DNA of 64,000 bases from contig JBHGNT010000015.1 of the NCBI GenBank assembly GCA_043228905.1, positions 11,408,001-11,472,000 on the forward strand, read 5' to 3'. Source of the stretch: Azolla caroliniana (Eukaryota; Plantae; Polypodiophyta). Made by a program: the position numbers and the translations under genes. Below the pieces are notes generated by a model, which was not told the DNA's origin, did no database searches, and was given only the letters and a program-made list of their open reading frames with translations. Of this stretch, positions 25,857 to 39,500 are shown piece after piece (positions within the stretch are counted from its first letter, which is position 1; the number at the start of each line of letters is the position of its first letter).

Positions 25857-28800
25857 GTGCGTGGATTTCAAGGAGAAGCAACATGTGTCACACCTAGTGG
25901 CGCATGTAAACTAGTACTACCTGACAAGAAGCACAAGCGCCGGATACAAGAATTCGAGAAGATGCTGAAAGAAGAGAACATAATAGAAGAAGGAGAGTTC
26001 GTGACTCATATTATGGAAGAAGCCTCATTTAACGACACCATCGGCGAAATCGAGGACGTCGTGGACTTGAGCTATCTTCACAACCAACGCGTGATTTCGG
26101 TTAACTCCGTCAACATGTACGCTATCATCGATGAATACCGTCGTGGCATCTCGATGAAGGAAGCTGACATCAACACGAAATATAAAACGGTAGATAAGAA
26201 GATCAAGCCAGTTGCGGTTCCGCTACTGGAAGATAGCTGGCAAAAGATGAAGGAAGTCGCTAACGATCCAAGCTTAAGAGATCCGAAGAAGATAGGTCAT
26301 ATCTTCACCAAAGAGACGAAGGGGAAGCTATGAGTTGGAAAGGAGGATTTCCTTCTCCCTGAAGAGGAGCGAATGTTTCGCGATATGCTTAAGAGACATG
26401 GGAAGGCTTTCGCATTCTTCCCACGAGAAATCAGATGCGCCGACCCAAAGGTTATAGAGCCAATGGTGATCTTCACGGTGCCTCATGTGCCTTGGAATTT
26501 GAAACCGATACCGGTTCCGAGAGCACACCTTCCGAAGTTGATTGAGCTCTTAAAGGAGAAGGTGAGTATGGGAATTCTAGAACCATCGAATGCTCCTTAT
26601 TCCAATAGGTGGTTCACGGTGCCGAAGAAGAATGGATCATTGCGATTCATCCAAGATCTTCAACCCGTCAACAAGGTGACAATTCGAAATGCCAGAATCG
26701 GTCCGAGTGTGGACGAATTTGCCGAAGCGTTTGCGGGCCGGTTCATCTACTCCATTGGCGATCTCTACTCCGGATATGACCAATTCCAATTGGTGATCGA
26801 CAGTCGGGACATTACAACCATGAGGACTCCGATCGGGCTTGTGCAGATGTGTACCTTACCCCGAGGCGCAACGAACTCGGTGGCTCATATGGTGAATGCC
26901 ATGAATAAAGTCTTGAAGGATTGCATTTCGGACATCACAATGCCATTCTTGGATGATATTCCGATAAAAGGATGTTCGGATGAGGAGAAAGATGAATCGA
27001 AAGATAAGGAAGGTTGTAGAAAGTTCGTTGCGGATCATATGAAAGATTGCGAGAAGGTGCTTCAAAGGCTCGAATATGCGAATTTGACATTTTCGGGAGA
27101 AAAATTCTCATTCGGGCAACCGGAGATCTTGGTGGTAGGTCACTTGTGTGGAGCATACGGCCGGAAGCCATCGCCATCCAAAGTGAATGCAATCCAAGAC
27201 ATGAAAGAAGAATGCGAAAACCAAACGGAGGTTCGAAGGTTCCTTGGAGTGTGCGTGTTTTATCATATATGGATTCCTCACTACGCTCATGTCGCCGAAC
27301 CGTTATATGGACTACTAAAGAAAAGAATAAAGTTCGAATGGCGAGACGAGCACACAAAGGCGATGCGAAGATTAAAGAAACTGCTTCTTGAAGCTCCGGC
27401 ACTAAGGAAGGCCGACTATGCCGAAGGGAAACCAATTTACGTGACCGTAGATACGAGCCCAACCGGAATCGGGTGGGTCATCAATCAAGAAGGCGAAGAT
27501 AATGCGCGATATCCCGTCCGGTTCGAAGCAAAGGTTCTCAGCGAACGGCAACAAAGATATGCCCAAGTCAAGCGGGAACTTTGGGGTATTGTGTCGGCAG
27601 TGAAGACGGACAAAGATTACCTGATCGGGTCAGAAGTGATAATAGAGACAGATTGTCTCCCAATTCTCGGAATGGACTCGGGATGTGCAACCCCAGATCT
27701 TGCTATGCTAAGGTGGATCGTCTACATCAAGTCTTTAAACCCAGAGATCCGTCACATTGCAGGGAAGAAGAACGCCATGGCTGACATGCTGTCGAGGGCA
27801 AGTTTTTCAAACGGAATTAACATGGTTTCGGAAGATGAAGATGTCGCCCTCGACTTCTTCAAGATGGCTTGATTGTCGGCGGAAGACCAGGACACGCAAA
27901 CCCTCCACGCCTTCAACGAGAACGAGTACGAAGGAGAGTGGTTACTCATCGGTAGATTCCGAAGCACATTGACGACAGATGCTTCGTTGACAAAGGAGGA
28001 GGCCCTACGAATCCGAAAGAAAGCTTATCGATACTTCTTGAAGGGAGGATTCCTTTGGAGACATCCAAAAAGAAGGATAGGAATACCATGTTGAGTGGTG
28101 GTAAAGAAAGAAGAGCAAGAGACGCTGATGACCGAATTCCACGAGAGTGCTTGGGCAGGTCATAGAGGAACATGGGCGACGTTCGAAAAGTTGAAGGAGA
28201 AGTACTGGTGGCCAAGCATGTACAAAGATGTACTCCATTTCGTGTCCACATGCGAAACTTGCCAAATATATTCAAATATACGTCATCGTGATGACTTAAA
28301 GCCGACATACCCACTCACCATACACTTCAAATGGATGGTGGATCTGGTCTCGATGCCAATGGGAGTGAGACAAATGAAGTACTCAGCGCTGGCAAGGGAA
28401 GACTTGACAAATCAAGTGGAAGGACGAGCCTTGACAAATAAGACGACTTCAGCTGTTTGCAAATTTCTACTTGAAGATGTTGTTTGCCGATATGGATGTG
28501 TAGGGAAGATAGTGGCCGACCAAAGGGAGTTGGACGCACACGAAGCGACGGAGCTCTTCAAAAGACTAGGCGTGAAGCTCTCCCTCACGACTGCCTACAA
28601 TCCGGAAGCAAATGGGAAGATCGAGCGAGGGCATGGACCTATCGTTAAAGCCATCGTACGGGCATGCAACGGTCGAGTCGGGAATTGGCCACGACTATTA
28701 CCCTATGCCTTGTGGGCCGATAGAACGACACATAGCTTGGTGACAGGGTATGTGCCGATGGAGCTTATGTATGGACAAAAGCCGATTATGCCCATCGAAA

Positions 28801-29276
28801 GGACGATCGCCTCATGGGTAGCGATACCGTGGGAGAACGAGATGAGCCGAGAAGAGTTTTTAGCGACGCGGATAAGGCAACTTGAAAGAAGACCTGAAGA
28901 TTTAGAAAAAGCGCGAAAGATGATGAAGGCAGCCCGAGTAAAGAACAAAGTACGGTTCGACAACACGCATCGACTTCGTCCCAAGAAGATTGAAGAAGGG
29001 GATTTGGTTTTGGTTTACGACGGCACCCTTGACAATCAACACAGTACAACAAGGAAGTTCGCAAGAAGATGGTTCGGGCCGTATGTGGTGACAAGTGCCA
29101 ACGATAATGCCACATACCACCTTGCGGAACTAGACGGATCAAGGTTGGCCGTACCCATTGCAGGAAAAAGAGTAAAGATTTTCAAGAAAAGACAAGACAA
29201 GGATCCAGACCTCGATTACCTCGATGATGAACATAATAGGGCGGATGTAAATCAAGACATGGAGGAATCTAATTGA
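25857..29276 (+). pseudogene. Gypsy pol RT-RNase H-integrase with a few stops
   Basis: PKKNGSLRFIQDLQ, DLYSGYDQ, PFLDD, VTVDTS, ETDC, HESAWAGHRG..CETC, YNPEANGKIER, WFGPY. Confidence 0.92.
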
Positions 29277-29462
29277 TCATCGTAGCTGAAATCTCACTTT
29301 CTCTCTTCTTGGTTACACACATATGGGAAGTAAGAGGGTATGTTTGTAATTGTCTGCAAGGGCAGCGTGGGGAGGAGAGGGAGGAGGGTGGTCATGCCAT
29401 GGCTTCCGCGATCTCCTACACAGCTGCCAAGGGGATACACGGCCTGTGTTCTGTTGTTACAT

Positions 29463-29843
29463 TGTCGTGAAGATTTTCGGCAATAGTGTGAAAATCCCAT
29501 AACACGTACGAAATCGAGTATGAATCACATAATCCAATAATTGTGAAGATAACATTTTAAATAAATTTAATATCTAAGTACAAAATGATCGAGGTTTCGA
29601 ATGCACTTTATTACACGAGAAACGGACAACTAAATGTCAAGATATGAGGGTATAAAGTTTATGAAAGGAAAAGAGAAAATTGTGAGATATCCCACATAGG
29701 CACGACAAATACGGCTGTCATCATATATAAGGGAGAGCAAAAGATATTATCTTTGTGTCTATTTGTGGAGCATAGAGTGTTCACGGTAAGAGTGGAGGTG
29801 GGCTAACTTGAACTAAAAGTGGAGGTGGGCTAGCTACTCGTAA
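29463..29843 (+). repeat. Truncated copy of the 22484 LTR at the equivalent position of another array unit
   Basis: Nearly identical to 22484-22864; fuses back to the array at CTCGTAA/GATGTACGG. Confidence 0.9.
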
Positions 29844-32800
29844 GATGTACGGCTTTCACATTGGTGGTAGGCCTTGTGTCTTCCGCTGTTACCTAAACAA
29901 CCTTTGTAGGTTGTGCGTTCCTCCCATTTCGGCACGCCGCATATTGATCATCACGGCTCATGTAGCCGCCGTAATAGCGTGACATGCTTCCACCATCGTC
30001 GTACATGTAGCTGTTGTCTAAGTAAGATCTTCGCTCTCTATTGTATTACGTATGTAGGTGATGTATAGGCCACAAGTGTGGTTCGTGCAAGCCTAAAATA
30101 TGTTGGGTTCAATTTCATTGGGTGTGAGGATGTTGAACAAGTGCTCTCGGTGCGTATGTCGCTTCCGCCGTGCATGAGGGAACAGAGTGCACTAGATGAT
30201 TAGTTGGGTTATAGCTAGGATTAAAGAAAGGGCAATTAGGGTTATAAAGTATGACTCGTGGGCCATAATGGTTTTGATGAGGATTTCTACTTACCTGGTA
30301 ATTTGTTATGTCGCACAAGTATTGCGGGAGGTTTTGATGGTTAAATCGTTGAGGATTTCTAATGAAAATAAGAGTGGTTGTGGATCCTACTACTAGTTAT
30401 AGGTTTACTAAGGAGACGAGTCCAAATTAAATATTACGGGGTTTCCTATTATGGATATTTATCACATATGGGGAGATGGAAAAATTAGATGTATGACATC
30501 CGAACCACATGAAAGTATCTAAAGTAGAAGTAGGTCTATCGAGAAGGTAAAAGAGACGTTAAGCGGGATGTATGGCGTGCCGAAACTATTTACTATCTCG
30601 TTTGGCATGCCTAGCTACATGTTTTTTGTCCTAACATTATTCTATGGGAAAGTTTGTTGTTTCGTGGGAAGGGGGTGATTATTGTGAGTGGGGCTAGGTT
30701 ATTTTTTATGGGGGATTTGATATACATGCGGGCGAAATTTAGAGGGTGGGGTAAAATATTGAAATCTAGTAGAAGTAGAAGGGGAGTCATGTGTAAAGAA
30801 GGGGGGGTATGCGTAGGAACTGCATGAAAAGGGAAGGGGTATTGTTTGGAAATAGGAAAACGGTGTGGGGGTGATTACGGGGAAATAAGGGCAAATGGGT
30901 AGGGGTATTGTTAAAAAATAGGGGAGGGGTATGAGTAAGGTTTTTAGATAATACAGGGGGCATGCATCAAATTTGTAGGAAGTAAGGATGGGGGAGGAGA
31001 GATGTGAGTAGGGTTTCACGCATATGGGAAGTAAGAGGATATGTTTGTAATTGTCTGCAAGGGCGGGGCGGGGAGGAGAGGGAGGACGAGGGTCGTGCCA
31101 TGGCTTCCGCGATCTCCTACACAACTGCCAAAGGGATACACAACCTGTCTTCTGTTGTTACGTGTGCCGCTTTCATAAGATGTACGGCTTTCGCATTGGT
31201 GGTAGGCCTTGTGTCTTCCGCTGTTACCTAAGCAGCCTTTGTAGGTTGTGCGTTCCTCCCATTTCGGCACGCCGCATATTGATCATCACGGCTCATGTAG
31301 CCGCCGTAATAGCGTGACATGCTTCCACCATCGTCGTACATGTAGTTGTTGTCTAAGTAAGATCTTCGCTCTCTATTGTATTACGTATGTAGGTGATGTA
31401 TAGGCCACAAGTGTGTGGTTCGTGCAAGCCTAAAATATGTTGGGTTCAATTTCATTGGATGTGAGGATGTTGAACAAGTGCTCTCGGTGCGTATGTCGCT
31501 TCCGCCGTGCATGAGGGAACAGAGTGCACTAGATGATTAGTTGGGTTATAGCTAGGATTAAAGAAAGGGCAATTAGGGTTATAAAGTATGACTCGTGGGC
31601 CATAATGGTTTTGATGAGGATTTCTACTTACCTGGTTATTTGTTATGTCGCAAATGTATTGCGGGAGGTTGTGATGGTTAAATGGTTGAGGATTTCTAAT
31701 GAAAATAAGAGTGGTTGTGGATCCTACTACTAGTTATAGGTTGACTAAGGAGACGAGTCCAAATTAAATATTACGAGGTTTCCTATTATGGGTCTTTTTC
31801 ACATATGGGGGGAAGGGAAAATTAGATGTATGACATCCGAAACACATGAATGTATCTAAAGTAGAAGTAGGTCTATCGAGATGGTAAAAGAGACGTTAAG
31901 CGGGATGTATGGCGTGCCGAAACTATTTACTATCTCGTTTGGCACGCCTAGCTACACGTTTTTTGTCCTAACATTATTATATGGGAAAGTTTGTTGTTTC
32001 GTGGGAAGGGGGCGCTTATTGTGAGTGGGGCTAGGTTATTCTTTATGGGGGATTTGATATACATGCGGGGGAAATTTACAGGGTGGGGTAGAATATTGAA
32101 ATCTAGTAGAAGTGGAAGGGGAGTCATGTGTAAAGAAAGGGGTGTATGCGTAGGAAATGCATGAAAAGGGGAAGAGGTATAGTTTGGAAATAGGAAAACG
32201 GTTTGGGGGTGATTAGGGTGAAATAAGGGCAAATGGGTAGGGTTATTATTAAAAAATATGGGAGGGGTATGAGAGAGGTTTATAGAAAATAAAGGGGGCA
32301 TGCATCAAATTTGTTGGAAGTAAGGATGGGGGAGGAGAGATGTGAGTAGGGTTAAACGCATATGGGAAGTGAGAGGGTATGTTTGTAATTGTCTGCAAGC
32401 GCGGGGTGGGGAGGAGAGGGAGGAGGAGGGTCGTGCCATGGCTTCCGCGATCTCCTACACAGCTGCCAAGGGGATACACGGCCTGTCTTCCGTTGTTACG
32501 TGTGCCGCTTTTATAAGATGTACGGCCTTGGCATTGGTGGTAGGCCTTGTGTCTTCCGCTGTCTCCTGAGCAGCCTTTGTAGGTTGTGCGTACCTCCCAT
32601 TTCGGCACGCCGCATATTGATCATCACGGCTCATGTAGCCACCGTAATAGCGTGACATGCTTCCACCATCGTCGTACATGTAGCTGTTGTCTAAGTAAGA
32701 TCTTCGCTCTCTATTTTATTACGTATGTAGGTGATGTATAGGCCACAAGTTTGATTCATGCAAGCCTAAAATATGTTGGTTTCAATTTCAGTCGATGTGA

Positions 32801-34002
32801 GGATGTTGAACAAGTGCTCTCGGTGCGTATGTCGCTTCTGCCGTGCATGAGGGAACAGAGTGCACTAGATGGTTAGTTGGGTTATCACTAGGATTAAAGA
32901 AAGGGCGGTTAGGGTTATAAAGTATGACTCATTGGCCATAATGGTTTTGATGAGGATTTCTACTTACTTGGTTATTTGTTAGGTTGCACATGTATTGCGA
33001 GAGGTTGTGATGGTTAAATGGTTGAGGATTTCTAATGAAAATAAGAGTGGTTGTGGATCCTACTACTAGTTATAGGTTTACTAAGGAGACGAGTCCAAAT
33101 TAAATATTACGGGGTTTCCTATTATGGGTCTTTTTCACATATGGGGAGACGGGAAAATTAGATGTATGACATCCGAAACACATGAAAGTATCTAAAGTAG
33201 AAGTAGGTCTATCGAGAAGGTAAAAGAGACGTTTAGCGGGATGTATGGTGTGCCAAAACTATTTACTATCTTCTTTGGCAAGCCTAGCTACACGTTTGTT
33301 GGCCAAACATTATTATATGGGAAAGTTTGTTGTTTCATGCGATGGGAGCGATTATTGTGAGTGGGGATAGGTTGTTTTTAATGGGGGATTTGATATACAT
33401 GCGGGGGAAATTTAGAGGGTGGGGTAGAATATTGAAATCTATTTGAAGTGGAAGGGGAGTTATGTGTAAAGAACGGGTGGGTATGCGTAGGAAATGCATG
33501 AAAAGGGGAAGGGGTATGCTTTGGAAATATGGAAACATTGTGGGGGTCATTAGGGGGAAATAAGGGGAAATGGGTATGTGTATTGTTAAAAAATGGGGGA
33601 GGGGTATGAGGGAGGTTTATAGAAAATAAAAAGGGGGCATACATCAAATTTGTAAGAAGTAAGGATGGGGGAGGAGGTATGTGAGTAGGGTTAAACGCAT
33701 ATGGGAAGTTAGAGGGTCTATTTGTAATTTTCTGTAGGGGTGGGGTGGAGAGGGGAAGGGGGGAGGAAGAAGAGGAGGACGAAGGCCGAGAGGGAAAGTG
33801 GGAAGGCAATTTGTGCCATGGCTTGCGCGATTTCCTGCACAGCCGCGGTAGGGATATACTGCTTGGCTTCTGTTGTCGCGTGTACCGCTTTCATAAGATG
33901 TACGGCCTTCGCATCAGGGGTAGGCCTTGTGTCTTTCGTTGTCACTTGAGCAGCCTTCGTAGGCTGTGCATACCTCTTCTTGGACTACGTACCACCTCCC
34001 GT

Positions 34003-34532
34003 TGTCGTGAAGATTTCCGCCTATAGTGTGAAACCGGGGTGGAATGGGCAAGTTGGTGGTGTGCAACATGTGCACATGTATACTAGGAAATGGTGTGTAG
34101 AAATAAGGGGGGAAATTTGATCCCACATTGTAAGGTCCCTCCCTCCTTGGGCTATAAAAGGAAGGGAAGGGTCACTTATGAGGGGTTGCCTATTTTGACG
34201 GAGAGAGGCATACCACTTAGGTCGAGGGTTTCCTATTCGGTTTTAGGGTTTCAATTAGGGTTTTACTATACTTCGCTACTTGCTTATTCTTCTAGGGTTT
34301 TCTCATAGTCGTTTGGTGCGGCCATGGCGGCCACCATTGTAAAGCATTTATGTTTCCTTAAACTAACTTGTTGAGTATCTTGCCTCCGTCTATTCTATGT
34401 TATTGTCTTACTCTTTCTCATCTCCTCTTGAGCTAAGCTTCCATTTTGTGTCTTATTCTTTCTCCTCTACTCCCTAGTCCGAGACCCCCATGGTCCCGCC
34501 CCTTCTACACGCACGCGCGTAACAACGCGACA
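34003..34532 (+). mobile_element. Solo LTR with 4-bp TSD CCGT
   Basis: TGTCGTG...CGCGACA flanked by CCGT (33999-34002, 34533-34536); array sequence resumes after it. Confidence 0.85.
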
Positions 34533-34962
34533 CCGTTTCGGCATGCTGCTTACTGATTGTCATGGCTCATGTAGCCGACGTTGTCATGATGTTTCTAACA
34601 TATAGTGTGAAACTGTCATGAAGACATACATTTTGACCTCACAAGGATTCGAGCCCAATATGGCTTGGTTTATATGTTAGACCTTTAACCATTATAATAA
34701 CATATATGATGTATAATTATAGTAAATGTATTATTAGTTATTACAAGATATTTAGAGTATTCTAGAATGTTCTAGAATATTTCATGATTATATTAAATAT
34801 CATAAATATTCTAGAATATTCTAGAATACTCTATAAGGACCTATAATTAGGTGTCTATTCATTCATCACAACTCATTCGGTTCAACACCAGTTTGGAGCC
34901 CCTTAGCCTATTCTTTGTAATCCTTGCTCTCTTATAATATAAACTCTCTTTCCATTGCTAGT

Positions 34963-35022
<60 letters not shown>

Positions 35023-35537
35023 CCTTCTATCGTCATCTTATCTTTCTCTCTCCTATTCTCAAGTCTTGACAGTTGACAAGATGTAGGTCAAATCGGTTGG
35101 GACCGGACAAACGGATCGGTCGGATCGGTTGGCTAGGTTGATTTTGACGCACGGTGTTTTAAAGATTTTCGGTGTGAAACGAAAAAACCAAGTCATTTAT
35201 TTAAGTTATATTTTTATCATTATACTTTCACATGTAAATTCTCATACATGAGAGCTTGAATCAGTGACATGGTTATCATGCAACACATGTAATGCATGAG
35301 CACCAAATGGCAAACATGCATCTCATGCATTTCATGCATTACATGCATGTCTTGCACCCTCATATGCATCATATGCATGGGGGCATCTATCAAAGAGTGG
35401 ATGAAAAAGAAAAAGGGAGCTATGTATTAATCAAGAAATTAATAAAAAAAAGAAATTTGTTATCCCATTTGGTGATGTATTAATCTTGTTTCTCAAATAT
35501 AAAGTCAAGGGTTCAAGCTTAATCTCTCCCTCTCTCT

Positions 35538-35573
35538 AACACGTTCGCGTTCACAAGTGGAAGGATTGCGCAT
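35538..35573 (+). repeat. Left TIR
   Basis: AACACGTTCGCGTTCACAAGTGGAAGGATTGCGCAT. Confidence 0.93.
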
Positions 35574-36585
35574 TCCACTTGTAGAATCTTCTTAAAACGA
35601 AGCAAATACACCCTCTCTACAAAAATTGGATGCACTAGTATCACATGTTCCTCAACTTGATGAGAATTTGCAAATATAAAAATACATGATAGATCTACGA
35701 GTGGAGATCATTAGAAATCATGCAAGTTTAGACATGTTGATAAGTTAATGTAGGCATAATAAAGTTCAACTATGGCTCAATATGGCACTACTGTGCGACA
35801 AGGGAAACACTAACTTAAAGACTTATATTAATTAGGTAAGTTTTACAAAAATATGAGGTGTACTTGTATCCATACTAATAAAATGAGATATAATCTATAC
35901 TTTGACCCATACGTGCATGTATGTAATTGTGGAAAATGTAGGATAGTGCACATTAGGATAAGTGATTGGAATAACTAACTTATTAAAGTATTCAATACTT
36001 GTATTTAAAGTTGATCTAATCTATTCCTCAGTTTGTTCATATGAGATCAAACCATATGTGTATATAATTGTGCACATTGTAAGGCAGTGAACTTTAGGAT
36101 AATGTCGTGGAAATAACAAACCTATTAGGCTTTCATACCTGTATTTAAAATTGGTCTACTCTATTGCTTAGGTGATTCACACAAGATCAAACTCTGAACG
36201 ATAACGCAACTGGAACCATTATCAACACACTACACAAACTAAGCAGCAATGGAATAGAAACATAATAGTTTTAACAATAGAAGACAAAGATCCATAATAA
36301 CAACATGGACAGTCATGGCAACAATTATAGGGCCATGTTCTGTTAAGGTTAGCTTGGACCAAAATCAGCCTCCATTTAAACTAGTTCATGTTTCTCCGTA
36401 AGTTTGGTAGTCAGCTATGCACGCGGTGAAACCAATGTCATAAATCTACTAATCAAGTATATAAAAATAAAATTGAAACATATAGAAGATTATAAAGAAT
36501 AGAATCCACTAGGTAAAACCCAATATTTGTATTAATAATGTGAAATCTTAACAAATCGTCAGTGTCATATTCTTCATAGAGTCTA

Positions 36586-39500
36586 TTACATAGCAATCAA
36601 TTCATCAACGTCATTTTCTTCATCATCTTGTGTAGAACTGTCTTCGGCTATACATGCATTGGTTTCCCCTGTTAGCCGAGCCAACGAAATATCTTCTATA
36701 AGCTCATCATCAAGCTCTATTAGCTCCCCCGGTTCGTCGGCTAACGGAGGAATAGGCTCTCGCGAAGCAGGTTGAAACCTTTCTGTATTGGCGAGGTTCT
36801 TTGCACCGACCTCCTCATCCTGGTCTGGGCACTCCCACAAAGCCTTAATCCGCATATTAATAAATATAACTTGGTCCTCATCCTTCTCCAATGCAACTGT
36901 ATTTCTAAACAGCTTCAATGCACATGCTGACGTAGTTCCTGTGATGTAAGTAACAAGAAGATTTAGTTGTCAAACGAAAAAAAAGTGATTGGTTATCTCA
37001 AGATCGTTACCCTAGTTCGAGGAATACCTGTGCATGAAAAGAGATCTAATATCCAGTCTCCTTCGACAGAAAACATCTCGATCAAGCGCATCATAAGTCG
37101 TTGAGGTTTTTGGTATGGGTTGACAAGTCCCCGTTCTGTCGTGGTGACATGTCGCAATTTCCGAGTCACTGCTGGATATACCAACAGATTTGAACCTCCC
37201 ACTTCATTAGAATGCTCTTTGATTCTCTATTTCTTAATTTCATCGAAGTAGCCAACCGTTATGTATTCAATGGCATTAACGAACCGAAAAGTTGGCCCTC
37301 TATTTACATTGGTCTTGATCCTATAAAAAATAATACATCGAGTTAAGAATAGATTCAACAACCTTAAGAAATGCAATATAGTGAAAGACACCTATAAATA
37401 ATCCTTACCATGCAAGGTTCTCGATGCCATGGCAACGAGATCTCAAAGCTTGAGCTACCGAGTACCCTTGGTCCATACTATGAAAGACAACTATTCGCCA
37501 CAAGGATGCGGTCGTTAGCTCAGCGAAATCCTTGACCATCTTCTCCAATTGTTTAAACCTAAACGGTTCATCGTCGTATGATGACCCAACCATTCGAAAT
37601 CCGTAAGGAATATCCGCAATCATTAGCGTATATTCCTTCTTTGGCACCTTCTGGATCAAGTCGATGACATCACCGCAAACCACATTGTAGTAAAGATCTC
37701 TTGTAATATCTTTTTTGTGGCTAATTTTTTTAAAGGAGCCATCTTCCTCCATTTCGTACGCCTTGACTAAGCGACGATCCTTTTCTTTTTTGGCTCGTTC
37801 GAGATGTGCAAGGAAGGATGTAGGGAAATCGTGTATATCCTTAACTTCTCCTTGTTTCTTGCCTCGACACGGTTTCTAATAGAAGCAATAGGACATCAGG
37901 TATTATTATACAAGCTCTACATATGATGAAAGGGTAATGAAAAAACATGAATACTAACCCAATCCTTGAATGCAATAAAATACTCTGATAACGCCTTATA
38001 CGAAGACGTTAGAGGATAATCCTCGATCACTTGTTCCCAAGTTATACATCCAAGTTGTTTCATCATAACTTCTTGGATCTTCATGTACACCTTATGACTG
38101 TAAAATTAGAAATCAAGATTAGAACTTTGAATTACACTAGATAGACTACAATTTCAGTATTTGAGGGACTTACTTATTGAACTCAGTGACCATTTCTTCA
38201 AGGCTTAAATCTTTCGCCACAACCCTTGACAAAACCGACACAAGAAGTTGCTCGTCCTTAATACCTTGCATCGCTCTCCATAGAGACAGCTTCATGTCAT
38301 CTGCCGCTTCTTCAATTGTCAAGTCAATTTTCTTGGCGGCTTGTGACTTTAACTCTAGTTGAGGGTCAACCCTACATTTCTTTTGTCGTTGACCCTTTAC
38401 CTCCTTATTCTCCCACATTGAGAAGATTTGATCTTGTAGGTCCCATACTTCTCCATCTCTAAACGCCAATTGAAACCAAGACTCATACTTTCCAAGACCA
38501 TCGGACCTAACATTATCATCTACCACAATGCCGACTTCATGCAGACATTGACGTCGAAGGCCTGGATGTAACTTCACACCAAACTTTTGTTTCACATCTA
38601 AATACTCGTGGTGGAAGAACCGTATACGCTCAAATGACGACATTTTCTGCCTATAGTCATTATCATTATTATGGTCCCATGCCAACAGCTTAGCCTCTTC
38701 GGTTGTGAGCCCAACATAAATTTTGCACTCGGCATACTTGAAGAAGAAAGTGGTTGGATGTTCTCTCACAAGTTGCCGACGTGCCTCTGCTGAATGCGAT
38801 CCACCAATGACAAAATAATTATATTGATCATGTTTTCTAATATCAAAATCTTCAATGGTTTCACATTCTTCAGGATCTACCATAACAATAAAAGGCACCA
38901 CAGTGGCATGAGGATTAATTTTCATTTTTTTCTTGAGATTTTGAACATGCATGCGGTGAGGCTCTCTAATCTCAAGTGGTCTTCGATCTGTTTTTTCATC
39001 AATAGGGGGCCAATGGATGTGTGTTATAGGCAAATTAAATACTTGCCCTTTCCTGACTAGCTTCCATTGCATTAACTCTCTCCTTATTTTATTCTGCTCG
39101 GATGACAAAACACCCGAGGCCAGCTCAGCTCCTGGCGTCCCCTTATTATCCTCCTCTTCGTTTTCACTTGTTGAATCCGTATCCGACATTTTCGTTGTCT
39201 TCTTCTTTGCTGGTCTTGACTGGACTTTGGAAACCTTTTTTGTTGGCTTCAATGGGGAGGGCACTTCATCTCTTAGAGTTACATGGCCTTGTATATAAGG
39301 CCTCAAGGTAACAATAAGGTTTTGTGAGCTATCAAGTGCTTTTTTGAACACTTCTGGCCCACAAGATTCTTTTACTAAAAGGTCTTCTGAAAGGAACACT
39401 TTACGTACCCCCTTGGAGCACTCTATCATTACCAGTATGTTGGCCGAATCTGCATCTTCGTAGTCAAATCGTAGAATACGGCCATACATAAATGGGGTTT

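Larger units (their letters stand above)
22484..29319 (+). mobile_element. Ty3/gypsy retrotransposon inserted in the PLE array; 5' LTR 22484-23548, no intact 3' LTR
   Basis: LTR termini TGTCATGAAGAT/ATCTTCACGACA; PBS; gag-PR-RT-RH-INT order; rejoins the array at ~29320. Confidence 0.9.
20336..34581 (-). repeat. Tandem array of ~1.34-kb units derived from the PLE N-terminal (Pro-rich) coding region, ~5-6 copies, interrupted by LTR elements
   Basis: TAAGAGTGGTTGTGGATCCTACTACTA recurs at 20336, 21691, 30369, 31706, 33042; repeated ORFs (MPP.FSINL..., MISWVIARIK...) in the ORF track. Confidence 0.92.

Noticed and set aside
34225-34300. TTTAGGG motifs as an interstitial telomere
   Set aside because: Only scattered telobox-like copies inside a solo LTR, not a tandem array
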